Of a stretch of DNA of 64,000 nt, positions 22,968 to 35,410 are shown in pieces. A program made the translations under genes and the position numbers. A model generated the notes under the pieces. It was not told where the DNA came from and ran no database searches. It saw only the letters and a list, made by a program, of their open reading frames with translations. The stretch's first letter is position 1. Every line of letters begins with the position of its first letter. Source of the DNA: Okamejei kenojei. Taxonomy: Eukaryota. The DNA lies in NCBI GenBank assembly GCA_035221665.1, contig CM069142.1, positions 48,856,001 to 48,920,000 of the forward strand. Reading direction: 5' to 3'.

Positions 22968-24544
22968 TCTTCATATGGAAGTGGTGCCATCCCAGGAATC
23001 AGTCTGGTGAACCTTCTCTGTACTCCCTCTATGGCACGAATGTCTTTCCTCAGATTAGGAGACCAAAATTGTATGCAATACTCCAGGTGTGGCCTCACCA
23101 AGACCCTGTACAACTGCAGTAGAACCTCCCTGCTCTTGTACTCAAATCCTTTTGCTATAAATGCCAACATGCCATTCGCTTTCTTCACAGCCTGCTGCAC
23201 CTGCATGCCTACTTTCAATGACTGGTGTACCATGACACCCAGGTCTCGCTGCATCTCCCCTTTTCCTAATCAGTCACCATTCAAATAATAGTCTACCTTC
23301 CTGTTTTTGCCACCAAAGTGGATAACCTCACATTTATCCACATTAAAAGTTAAAAGCAGAAGGGAAGCAAGTTCAGGGACAATAATTCTTGAATGCATGA
23401 AGCCAACAAGAACAGAACCCACATTTCTGACAGATGCTGCTACAGACTGAGTGCATTCTAGTGGAGGGACAACTTAGGGAACTGCTACCTCGATAATGCA
23501 GAGGTGAGACTGTTGGTGCTTTAAGACCATTTCACAGCAGCACTAAAACAACGGTAAAGTGTGCCCATTCCATTACAATGTTTCACAAGAGCAGGAACTG
23601 TGACCAGGTGTCCAGTATTAAAAGTGCTTCTAAAGAAACTGCAGATGCTGGTTTACACCGAAGATAGACACAAAATGCTGGAATAACTCAGCAGGACAGC
23701 AGCATCTCTGGAGAGAAGGAATAGGTGATGTTTTGGCTCGAGACCCTTCTTCATCTGATAGTTCTTTGCTGGGCATTGTGGTTGGTTCAAATAGAGAGAT
23801 GATAGTGTATTTGACATTACTGAAGCTTTACTCCCTCCTCACCTTCAGAAGCCTACGGTGAAAATAAGCCGAAAAAGCAGTTGTATCAGGATACTGTCCT
23901 GTGTTTGGTAACAAATGATTCAATGGCAAGATAAGGTTTGCCAGACCTTATCCCTTAACATGTTGAGTGCCTCCTACAGCTTAGGCCCAGAAATTCCATA
24001 TGTGATACTTTGCACCATGCAACAAGGCATAGACATAGAGAACATGTAATGTGCAGATATCTGGCACAAGAAATTCAATTGTTGTTCATTTCCAAGGAGG
24101 CACAGGAAAGCAGTGGAGGGAAGAACAGAATTAACTGCAAAATGAGTGAGGACATGACCCAGTTGAATGTAGTGTAGAATGTGTGAATTTCCAAGAAGTT
24201 CATCATGAAATATTGTTGCGGTGTTGTCGTGTTTGAAAGCGAATGTAACTTCAGCAGCAGTTACCTTGGCAAACTATCCGATGCTTGCAACTATCTTCTG
24301 GCTTGATTCCCTGGGTTTGTGCAGTTGGTCTTGCGATGCTTCTGTCCATGCACTTCCACCTTGCACCCTGCACTGCAGAGTGACCTTCTGTCACATTAAA
24401 GGTCACTTGTGCTTCATAATACTGGAAAAGCGTTGAGCAATAAACCTTTCTCTCTCTCTTTCTCACACTCTCTCACACATACACCTCCATGGAGTTTCTT
24501 TAATTTTCTTATGACAGATTTGCATAAAGTACAGTAAACCTTTG

Positions 24545-24860
24545 CAATAGTAAAACCTTTTGCAATCCTCCTGTGGTGTTCTGTACTGCATCTTGGTGGA
24601 ATCAGACTGTTGCTGAATGTACTCCTCAGGTTGTCCAGTGTGTCATGGGGGGGGGGGGGGGGGGGTGAGATGTATTGTCCAGGATGCTCTGCAGTTTGAG
24701 GAGCATCCTCCCCTCCAAGACCACCTCCCATGAATCCAACTCCGCCCCAGGACGGAGCCAGCATTCATCAGGAGCACGTTAATCCTGTGGTGTTCAGAGC
24801 CTTCACCCTGCTGCCCCAGCACACAACAGTGAAGAAGATGGCACTGGCTACTACCGATTG
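24545..24860 (-). mobile_element. Rex1-like LINE remnant with poly-G tract
   Basis: HDTLDNLRSTFSNSLIPPRCSTEHHRR peptide; G run at 24646-24665. Confidence 0.5.
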
Positions 24861-25144
24861 GAAGAATATCTGGCAATTGGGTAACTAGCCAAACTGCCAT
24901 TGGGTAATTAGCGGAACTAATGAGATCCTCGGTCCACTATAACCCAAATCCACTATTTAGAGGTTTGTTATTGTGAGGGTTTACTGTACCTGTAAACTGA
25001 CCTCAAGATTCCAGCAAAGAAAAAAGACACAGCGTTCTGGAGCAACTCAGCGGGGCAGGCAGCATCACTGGAGAAGATTGATAGGTGACGACTCGGATTG
25101 GGACCCTTCTTCAGCACTTTCTGCCTTTTTTTTGGTAAACCAGA

Positions 25145-26207
25145 AGCCCTAAGAGCTATATCTAACAGTTCTCCTTGTAACCGTGTCCTATTTGCCCTAG
25201 TTGCTCCTGTTTCCTCGCACATCCAAAAAGCACTATAGATGTGGGTACCAGAAGAACTCGAGGGGGTGGGTGACAGGGAAATTAATGGCCATGTTATACA
25301 GAACAAGTCACAGAAAGATAAGTGGGAGAATGGGGTTGATGGGAGCACTCCCACTGACATTAAAGTGGGCATTGACGAGATGAATGAACTTCTTCAGCAT
25401 TAGGAGGAAATTTGAGAAAACATTGTGAACAAGATTTGAGAGAAGTTTACTCGCTGGACCTCTACAACCACTGTGAGGCAGAAGAGAATTGGACAGGCAT
25501 CTTTTATATCATGCAGCACCAGAAGCAAGGTACATGATATCATGAGATATACAACATGGACCAACAGCCGCACACGTGAAACTATTCTTGATAGATCGGA
25601 GAATTAATTTACAATTAAGTAATCAAGAAACAGTGTCATGTAGTGTCCTGACCCAAAATGTCACCAACATATACCTGCAGTTCAGTTGCCCTTGAAATTG
25701 ACAGAGCAAAGCTGTATCAGGAATCCTCAAGTTACTGTAAACCAATGCCAAGACCCCTGGCAAATACAATAGCATTTTAAGGTTTCAACTGATCTGCATC
25801 AAATCTTCCTTTCATTTGTCTACAATAACGAGACTATGATTCCCTCACTGAAACAGTGCTTAACTATAAACGTCAGGCAAATATTGCACGAACCAGAATG
25901 TGTTAATATCAAATGTCTTTCATAATTTAATCCGTAATCTGCAAGCCGTTTGAAGAATAGTTTCAGTCTCTTTTTTTCCCACAAAAAAACAGCTGCTTTC
26001 ATCATGAATCTGTTAGTCTTTCCAGGTCACCAAAAGGTGATATCATGCAGAATGTTTGAGCACAAAGAGTAAAAGATCAAATGGATTAGGATTCAATACG
26101 TTTTACCTCCACAAAAGCCCACTTAACTTTTAAAGCAAGTTAGTAAGTTTTTAATGCTGCAGAATGCAAATGATAATAAATGCCATGAACATACACGTAC
26201 ATCCTAA
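25145..26207 (+). repeat. ~1.1-kb direct duplicate of 30125-31243
   Basis: Collinear high-identity blocks, both starting AGCCCTAAGAGCTATATCTAACAG. Confidence 0.9.
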
Positions 26208-26489
26208 AAGGCCCGTCCCACTTACGCAACTTTTTCGGCGACTGCCAGCACCCGTCAGAGGTTGTTACAGTTCGTCAAAATTTTTTAACATGTTGAAAAT
26301 CCAGCGGCGACCAGAACAAGAAACGACATTTTGGGCGACTACTTACAACCATACAAGCTTCACCCCGCTACATGTCACCAAGGTGTCGCCTGATTGGTCG
26401 TGAGTAGTTCTCCTGGTCACCCAAAGAGTCATAGCGTCTTTCTGGTCGCCGCTGAATTTTCAACAAGTCGCGTAAGTGGAACAGGCCCT
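26208..26489. mobile_element. PIF/Harbinger-type MITE
   Basis: TIRs AAGGCCCGTCCCACTTACGC / GCGTAAGTGGAACAGGCCCT; TAA TSD; empty site ATCC-TAA-CGCCCC at 31237-31249 in the sister duplicate. Confidence 0.88.
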
Positions 26490-27398
26490 TAATGCCCCCA
26501 CAGATTCTTGAGTTTTTTTACAGCATCTACAGTTGCTTGTTTCAACATCAAGATTCCAGCATCTGAAATTTCTGGTCTCCATCCCTCTAATATTATTTGG
26601 CCTTATTCACAGTACCCATGCATTTTATGACCAGCAGAGGGAGACAACAGCACAGTGCATGGCACATCGTTTCCAGTGATATCTGACAGAACAAACTATG
26701 AAACAAGACATCAAAGTGCCGTAGCAACTCTGCGAGTCTTGCAGCATCTCTGGAGAAAATAGATAGGCGATGTTTTGAATCAGAACCCTTCTTCAGACTG
26801 ATAGCAGGGGAGCGGGAAGAAGGGTTTTTACAATATGAAACACAGTCATTAATCCCCTGGTCAAACAGACTGACTCATTTTTATATTATTATAGATTTAT
26901 CACCGACTTTTTTAAAAAAGGGCAAGCACCAAATTTCAGATTAATGGTTCTGATGAAATGACCACACCTGTTTTTCTCTTAAATCAGATACTGACATTTG
27001 TACAAATTGTGCACTTGATACTTTTTTAGTGTATTTCTAACATTTGCAACGCCTGTTTGTTTTCTTCGTAGCACTGGTAATATTTATTTAGTGACAGAAA
27101 CGCTTCATCGCTGAGATTCTTTGCCACACCCTCCCTCGCGGACAGTTCAGATACACCAGCTCTAGAGTGTGACAACACACGGCAGCGTGTGCCATGCCAG
27201 AAGTAAAAAAGTCTGCCTCACACTTGCATTGATTTGTGCAAGAATATGTCCCTCCATTATCTTACTGATCTAATGTAGTGATCCAGACCATTTTATAGTG
27301 CATCTACAATACACTTACAACACACTATGCTGCATTCATGAGTGAAAACTGGAAATTTGGTCTACGGAAGAAAACAAGTCCCCCCCACCCACCTACCT

Positions 27399-27668
27399 GG
27401 GCGGCATGGCGGTAGAATTGCTGCTTTACTGCGGCAGGTTCAATCCTGACCTCGGATACTGTCTGTATGGAGTTTGTACATGCTCCCTGTGCCCGCGTGG
27501 GTTTTCTCCGGATACTCCTGTTTCCTCCCACATTCCAAAGACATGCAGGTTTGTAGGTTAATTGTCTTTAGTGTGTTGGATAGAACTAGTTGACGGGCGA
27601 TTGTTGGTCAGAGCAGGTGGGCTGAAGGGCTGATCTCCACACTATCTTGAAAATAAACTAAACTAAAC
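27399..27668 (+). mobile_element. HE1-type SINE
   Basis: GGTAGAATTGCTGC..GGTTCAATCC..CTAAA tail. Confidence 0.75.
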
Positions 27669-29614
27669 CTCTCAACTTATCTCAGGGGCAATATTGAGGT
27701 CTTGCTCCATAACATCTAAGGTATTCATGCTTAGTGAAAACACACTGCGTACCTTCATTGGTAGATCTAGAAAATAATGTTATTAATTCTGGAAAGTGCC
27801 AGTCACACTTTACTCTTTACACACTCTACAAAGCAGCTCATAATCAGCAATGTTTTTCCAGGACAGGTATTTCAGGTTTCACCAGGAAGAAGCTGGTAAC
27901 ATTACTAAATGGCTTTGTGGTGATGTATTCAGCAACCTTCTCTTTGATGTCAGGTTGGAATCTGCTGCCTAACCTTGGCGTGCACATTGGAATGCAGTTT
28001 GCATCATACTTTGGGCGGGGGAGTTGAGGAGAGCACAGTAATCGCTGTTGTGTGCTGAAGAATTATTGATAGTTTCACCATTATAATAATGGGGTCCTTC
28101 ATTTGGTTGTAGAAACAAGGTACCGTTGATGCTGGTTTACCAAGGAAAGACACAAAATGCTGGAGTAACTTAGCCGGTCAGGCAGTATCTCTGGAGAACA
28201 TGGATAGGTGATGTTTCCGATCAGGATTGATCAGTCTGTAGTTGTCCCAACCCGAATTGTCGCCTACCCGCTGACATACCTCAGCACTTTGTGTCTTTCC
28301 TTCATTCTGCTGTTGGGTGTTTTTGTCTTTACATAACATGAAAATGATCCCATTCATTGAAGAAAGCCGATTGCACTATATTATTTTCCTCTTGTACCAG
28401 TTACAGCAGGAGGCACTCAAGTGATTCTTGAGGGTAGCAAAACACAAAGTGCTGGAGAACTCACTAGGTCAGGCAACATCTGGGGAGGGAATGGACAGAT
28501 GACGTTTTGGGTTGGGGCCCATTTTAAATGATTATCTGTTTATTCCCTCCACAGATGCTGCCTAACTCAAGATTCCTGCAACTGCAGTTGCTTGTGGCTC
28601 CAGGTGATCCCCTTCTATGGAGATCAAATGCTAGCACCAACACCCATGGATGAATAAAAATTAATTACATTGCTCAACCAGTTCAACCTACCCTGTCCTC
28701 AACAACATCACTGCAAAACCATGCAGGTGTGTAAAAATTGACATGGAGTGGGAAAAAACCCAAAATAGGCATAATGTGGATGGATATTTGCCAGTCACCA
28801 TATCCTCAGTGGACTCTAGGGGTACATTTTAACTCTCTGGCTGAGGGGAAACCAGATAAAGTTTATGTTCAGAGGGAACTTGGTGTACTGGATCTGTAAA
28901 GACAGAGTGTAAAGCGCTAGTAGCTCAGAAGAAAAGTGGCATGTTGGCCTTTACTGCAAAACAGGAAGAGTACCAAACTAAGGGAGTCAAGCCAAGGTGG
29001 TGCAGAGTTTTGATAGTTCTGAGCACAGCTTGGATCTCCACACAATCAAAGATTTACTAACCTCGGAAGTTGGTGTAGAAACAATTCCAAGATGGATTCT
29101 TGGCTTGTGGGATCTGTCCTGTACAGAGTGATAGTGACAGGGGTATTGCTAAACTATACTATACTATACTCATTGCAGCTCAGAAGTATGTGAAGCAATC
29201 TAACACTCTGAGACAGATTAAATACCAGAAGGCTGTCCCTATCAGGCAAAAGGCCAATGCTAGAAGGTATTCTCAAGTCAAAGTATCATCTGTTTGAGAC
29301 TGAAATAAAGTTTTTCTCAAGAGAGAGTTAAAAATCTTGGGAAATCTATTAAAGTCTGAGATTGTTTCTAGACACAGAGTAGATAAGAGAACGTCATGAA
29401 CAGGACAGGCCAAGAATACCGAGTAAAGGGGCAGACCCAAGGGGCCACTGAGACTGAAGCTGTGCCTATTTCATAAATGTGCCTATCTTATTCTTACTCT
29501 TTTGAGAGTTTTGTGATTCTGGAGTTATGAGGCTTGTGCCTCATAACCTCAGTGACCCACATTTCACCCTGACCTTGGGTGCTGTGGAGTTCAGACATAA
29601 AAACATAGAAAGAA

Positions 29615-30145
29615 CATGTTCCCAATGTTGGGTGAATGTTCCCAATGTTGGGTGAATGTTCCCAATGCTGGGTGAGTCCAGAACCAGGTGCCACAGTCTT
29701 AGAATAAAGGGGAGGTCATTTAAGACTGAGCTGAGAAAAAACTTTTTTACCCAGAGAGTTGTGAATTTATGGAATTCCCTGCCACAGAGGGCAGTGGAGG
29801 CCAAATCACTGGATGGATTTAAGAGAGAGTTGGATAGAGCTCTCGGGGCTAGTGGAGTCAAGGGATATGGGGAGAAGGCAGGCACAGGTTATTGATAGTG
29901 GACGATCAGCCATGATCATATTGAATGGTGGTTCTGGCTCGAAAGGCCGAATGGCCTCCTCATGCACCTATTTTCTATGTTTCTATGTTTCTATGTTTCT
30001 AAAATAGGTGCAGGAGTAGGCCATTCGATCCTTTGAGCCAGCACCGCCATTCAATATGATCATGGCTGATCATCCAAAATCAGTACCCCGTTCCTGCTTT
30101 CTCCCCATATTCCTTGATTCCATTAGCCCTAAGAGCTATATCTAA
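29615..30145. mobile_element. CR1 3' end (+, 29615-30000) joined tail-to-tail to an inverted CR1 tail (30001-30145)
   Basis: MFPMLGESRTR..FFTQRVVNLWNSLP; (TTCTATGT)n tail; triplicated 20-mer at the 5' junction. Confidence 0.88.
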
Positions 30146-32249
30146 CAGTTCTCCTTGTAACCGTGTCGTATATGCCCCAGTTGCTCCGGTTTCCTCGCAC
30201 ATCCAAAATGCACCATAGAGGTGGGTATCAGAAGAGCTGGAGGGAGTGGGGTACAGGGAAATTGATGGCCATGTTATACAGAAAGATGTGGGAGAATGGG
30301 ATTGATAGGAGCACTCCCACTGACATTAAAGAGGGCATTGAAGAGATGAATTAACTTCTTCAGCATTAGGAGGAAATTTGAGAAAACATTGTGAGCAAGG
30401 AGATTTGGAGAGAAGTTTACTCGCTGGACCTCTACAACCACTGTGAGGCAGAAGAGAATTGGACAGGCATCTTTTATATCATGCAGCACCAGAAGCAAGG
30501 TACATGATATCACGAGATAGTAACCGCAACATGAAGCTATTCTTGATAGATCGGAGAATTAATTTACAATGAAGTAATCAAGAAACAGTATAATTTCTTA
30601 CAATGGTCAAGCAGCATCTCTGGAGAAAATCGCTAGGTGATGTTTCAGGTCGGGATGCTTCTTCAGTCAGACGGTAGGGTCCCGACCCAAAATCTCACCA
30701 ACGTATACCTGCAGTTTAGTTGCCCTTAAAATTGACAGAGCAAAGCTGTATCAGGAATCCTCAAGTTACTGTAAACCAATGCCAAGACCCCTGGCAAATA
30801 CAATAGCATTTTAAGGTTTCAACTGATCTGCATCAAATCTTCCTTTCATTTGTCTACAATAACGAGACTATGATTCCCTCACTGAAACAGTGCTTAACTA
30901 TAAACGTCAGGCAAATATTGCACAAGGGCCAGAATGTGTTAATATCAAATGTCTTTCAAAATGTAATCCTTAATCTGCAAGCCGTTTGAAGAATAGTCCC
31001 TTTTTTTTTACAAACAACGAACAGCTGCTTTCATCATTAATCTGTTAGTCTTTCCAGATCACCAAACGGTGATATCATGCAGAATCTTTGAGCACAAAGA
31101 GTAAAAGATTAAATGGATTAGGATTCAACTATAAGTTTTACCTGCACAAAAGCCAACTTATCTTTTAAACAATTCAGTGAGTTATTGACTTGCTGCAGAA
31201 TGCAAATGATAATAAATGCCACGAACATACACGTAAATCCTAACGCCCCCATAGACACTTGAGTTCAGGTGTTAGTGGGCAATGGCCCAACATTGCATCT
31301 TGGATAAGTTGGGAGGTGGGTGAGGGAGTGAGAGGGTGCTTGTTGGTTTCTGCAGTAGAGCTAGTTACCAGTTTCCATAACGTGGTGTGAGTGAACTTGT
31401 AGATGCATTTCAAAATGGCCAGGGTCATGACATTAGATTAGTAAGATAATAGGGGGGCAGTTTTTTGCGTGATTCAATGCGACTATGAGGAAGACAGTGA
31501 TATTGAGTAGTTTTGACAGGGCACACTCAGACATGTGCTATTGTCACACTGGTGTGCCACATTTTTCTGGACTGTCTGTGAAGGAGGGAGTGATACCAGC
31601 GATGAAGCGTTTCCGTCACAAAATAAAGATTACCAGAGCTGCAAAGAAAACAAATAGACATTGCAAATGTTAGATATACATCAAGAAAAATATCAGGAAC
31701 ACAATTAGAATGAATGTCAGCATCTGATACAAGGAAGAAACAGATTTTTTTCAATTCAGCAGAGTTGTTAATCTGAAAGTTGAATTTTGCTCTAGCTCCA
31801 TAGTGTGATCGGTTCTCAAGAATTCTAAGCAATCAATCCAATTAGATATAAGAACATAGTAGCCATCTAATATTGGGATTTTTAATTTTTCGCAGCATTC
31901 CCTGATCACTCTCCCTAATATTTTGTTCAATGCAACCGGAATATTTTCAGACCCTTGCAGAGATAAATGATCATTCTGGATGGGGTCAGTCCAGATGCAT
32001 ATTTCTGACATTAAAATGAAGACCCTTCTTGTGTAGCACCCTCACATGGCTTTGTGTGTAAGGACTGAAGTTTATCTCATGAATGAGCTCCGTCATTCGA
32101 TATTTTGCACTACTGAGAGGACCAAGGGAGTAATATGAAGGATCAATATGATTGGAACTTAAATGATGAAAATGAACTTGTTTCACTAGTATGAATGTAT
32201 TGTGTACTTTTAAAATTGTTGGTCAGGAATGAAAGGGGAATTCTGAACT

Positions 32250-32905
32250 CCAACCAGACAACCAAGTAGTCGCCGCTATGGACGGCCGGATGTACAGGCC
32301 CTCTCTTGTCGGGATGATTGAAACTTCGACGTCGGGACGGTTGAACACAATCTGAGGCTTGGAGTGCCCAAATCGGCCACTTTCCTGCCGGAGACCGCGG
32401 TTTCAGGATGTTATAGGCCGCAGGCCGGCAGTCAGAGCTCTTCTCCGGCGATCCCCAGCAAGGGATCCCAGACTATGGATGGTAAGTCCACGCCACGCCC
32501 ACGGCTAAAAGCTCCGCAAACCACAGCCCCATGATGTCAAAGTCACCAGGCCAGCGATCGGAGCACTCCTCTCTGGTGACCCCCGGCAAGGGTTCGCCCC
32601 CGCTCCACGATGGAAAAGTCCACACTGCACCCACTGCTGAAGCTCTGGGCCCAACTCCAGGAAAGGCCGCTTCAATCCAAGCTGTTAGGCCGCGAGAAGG
32701 GAGGAGGAAAAGCGACATGGAAAAAGTCGCCTCTCCGTCGAGGAAGTGATTGAAAAACGGTTTCCCCCTTATCCCCCCCAACACCCTCCACATAATACAC
32801 CCCGAGAGACACTAAAACAAGCACTCGGACATACCAAAAAAACACAAACATGTCAAAATAACGAACATGCTGCTGGCAGGGCAGCCAACTCACAGCGCTC
32901 CCAAC
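32250..32905. repeat. Unclassified GC/CpG-rich interspersed repeat (probable retroelement UTR or non-autonomous element)
   Basis: Abrupt CpG-rich block with internal duplication (CTCTTCTCCGGCGATCCCCAGCAAGGG vs CTCCTCTCTGGTGACCCCCGGCAAGGG); no recognisable protein. Confidence 0.45.
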
Positions 32906-35099
32906 CAACCAAGCTCTTTTGAAGATGTATCATGTTACTTCTTCAAAAGAGAACAATGGCATCTGGAAGAAATAAATTATTGCTGCATGTTAACGCTCTG
33001 TGCCCCATAATTACTGCAGTATACGTGTCCTATTGCAATGGGCTTCTTGAGTTGAGCTTGTTGCTAATCATTTCAGTTTCAGTTTGAAGGTCAAACAAGA
33101 TAGCTCAGAGTGGGGTAACGTATTAAGTATCAAAATCAATGAGAGTCTTATATTTTTGGCCAATCCTCTCACAAGCTGACAATAGATACGATCAAATGGA
33201 TTTTCATTCCATACCACTGAATTAATTACAATAATAGTGGCAATGAAATAAATAATTAAAGGATTGAGGCAAAGCTTGTTAATCGCCTTGCATCAGCTGT
33301 GCGCACAAGGGAGCTATTGATCTGTGCTTGATAGTGCTCACATCGCCATGGAAGTTTAAGTGAAAGCTGCAGAATTTGCTATTAAAGTGGCACTAAACTG
33401 TTGCTACAACTAAACCTAATGTAATTATTACAAATACAGTTAAAATTATGTGCTTTTCGTGGGCCATAGAAAGTAATTGCTCTGACTGTAAAGGGTTCTG
33501 ACCCGTCAGCACCTGAGGGGCTGAGTTTAGCTCTGGCTATTTAGGTTAACAAACAGATTCAAGTATTGGAGCAATGCAAACTAAACTCCATGATGTTAAC
33601 TAAGATTAAGGAATCAGAGGGATACAGCATGGGAACAGCTCCTACATCCACTAAGTCCATGCCAACCATCTAGTGCCTGTTTCTGTACACTTCTTATCCT
33701 AAACCATTTTATTTTCCCTACATTTTCATCAATTCCCTCCCAGATCCTACAAATTATTTACACATTCGGGCCAATTAACCTATGAACCTGCACAGGGTCA
33801 GTGGGGAACATTTTCTCGAAAATAACTCACGTTTCCTTTGGCTTAGGTGGTGAAGACTATCAGGGAAAACTGAGAACAAATCATCCTGCTGCCAGTTCCT
33901 TTAAAGGTACATGTGAAGGGGTATGTAGAGCGAGGGGGATATGGTATTGATATAAAGGCTCAGCATTGATTCTACTAGATAGTAGGGCATACTGAAAGGG
34001 CTGAATTGCCTTTAGCTAATCTATTTTGCTATATTTCTAATCCCTTTATTAATATGTTTGTGGTATTAACTGCTTTAGGCAAACACACAGAAAGGTTCAA
34101 AGAAAATTGGCCTGACAAATTTAGCGATGGACATGGGCTAAATTCATCATAACTGTCCCCATTTCACACGATGAACAGGAACAACCCAGGCAACCTTCCA
34201 TGGATGAACAATAAATACTAGTCTTGCCAGCATTAGCCAGACCCGTAAATGAATAAAATAAGCCATCTAGTTCTCAAGCACAGAATAGGTCCCCCCCCCC
34301 CCAGTTTACGAACACTCGACTTATGTACAGCCCTTCTATATAAAGGAGTGTTTAGGAGACTGGTGGGATGGACTTGCTGGTTGTTGTGGGGCTGGCAACA
34401 TCTTCCGCCATGTGGGAACTCAAGTTCCCCGCTGCATTTCCGACTTGCAAACAGTTCTCAGGAAATGAAACCTGCCGTAACCTGGGACGCTTCTGTAATT
34501 TTCCGTTGAATTAAAATATTTCAGAAAAGTAACAGGAAATAAAACAAACAATTGAGGTAAGTACAAGATTTTGCTGCCACTATAATTTCCCTTTTGATTG
34601 TAACCCACAGCTCCAGAGCCAAGTGTGGTGGAGGTCACACCTCTGGGTGTTTAGTTCATTCTCCAATAGCCTGTCAACATTGGGCAAAGGGGTTGGTTGG
34701 CACAGAAGAATGAGCAGCAAGGCCCTCCAAACTTAAATTTCATCAGAAATCTATTAATTTCTTTAAAATATTCAGACTTGGCCTTCAATGCTTTCTTTAA
34801 CTTGCAGAGATTTACTTGGGTTCTCCACCCTCAAGAGTGAATAACTTTCTCCTCACCTCATCAAGATGCCTTAACCCTAACCCTGAGAGCTAAATCTCTT
34901 ATTCTACACCTATAGGCTGACAGAAACATCCTCCTTGCAGCCAAACAGTAGAACCCTGTCAGAGTTTGGTTCATTTCCTCCCACTTCTTCTAAACCAGAG
35001 TGAATACAGGACAAGTTGACCCAAACTCTTCCCAAATTACAGCCCCATCATCCCAGGAATCATTCTGGTGAATCTTTACTAGACTCCCTCTATGGTAAA

Positions 35100-35410
35100 T
35101 CTGATGCTCCAGCGAAAACAATCCAAGTTTGTCCAACCTCTCCTGCTAGTTAAACCACTGCAATCCAGGCAACGTATTGGTGAACCTCTTCTGCATCCTT
35201 TCCAAAGCCTCCACATCCTTCCTGTAATGTGTTGACCAGAACTGCATACAATACTCCAAATGTGGCCTAGCCAAATGTGTATACACCCACAACATGACCT
35301 CCCAATGTTTATACTCAGTGCTCTTTCTGATGAACATTAGCAAGCCCAATGCCTTCTTTACCATCCTATCCACTTGTATTGTCACTTTCAATGGGTTCTG
35401 GACTTCTGCA
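35100..35410 (-). mobile_element. Older CR1 LINE fragment
   Basis: ARPHLEYCMQFWS..RKDVEALERMQKRFT peptide. Confidence 0.8.

Larger units (their letters stand above)
21453..23345 (-). mobile_element. CR1/HER1 LINE 3' portion interrupted by a Penelope insertion
   Basis: QRDLGVMV..RPHLEYCIQFWSP (22980-23345) continues as YEERLDRLGLYSLE..FFTQRVVNLWNSLP (21540-21900); TAGAAACA tail. Confidence 0.92.

Noticed and set aside
34872-34884. Telomeric TAACCC repeats (also near 63963)
   Set aside because: Only about two units, which is expected by chance.
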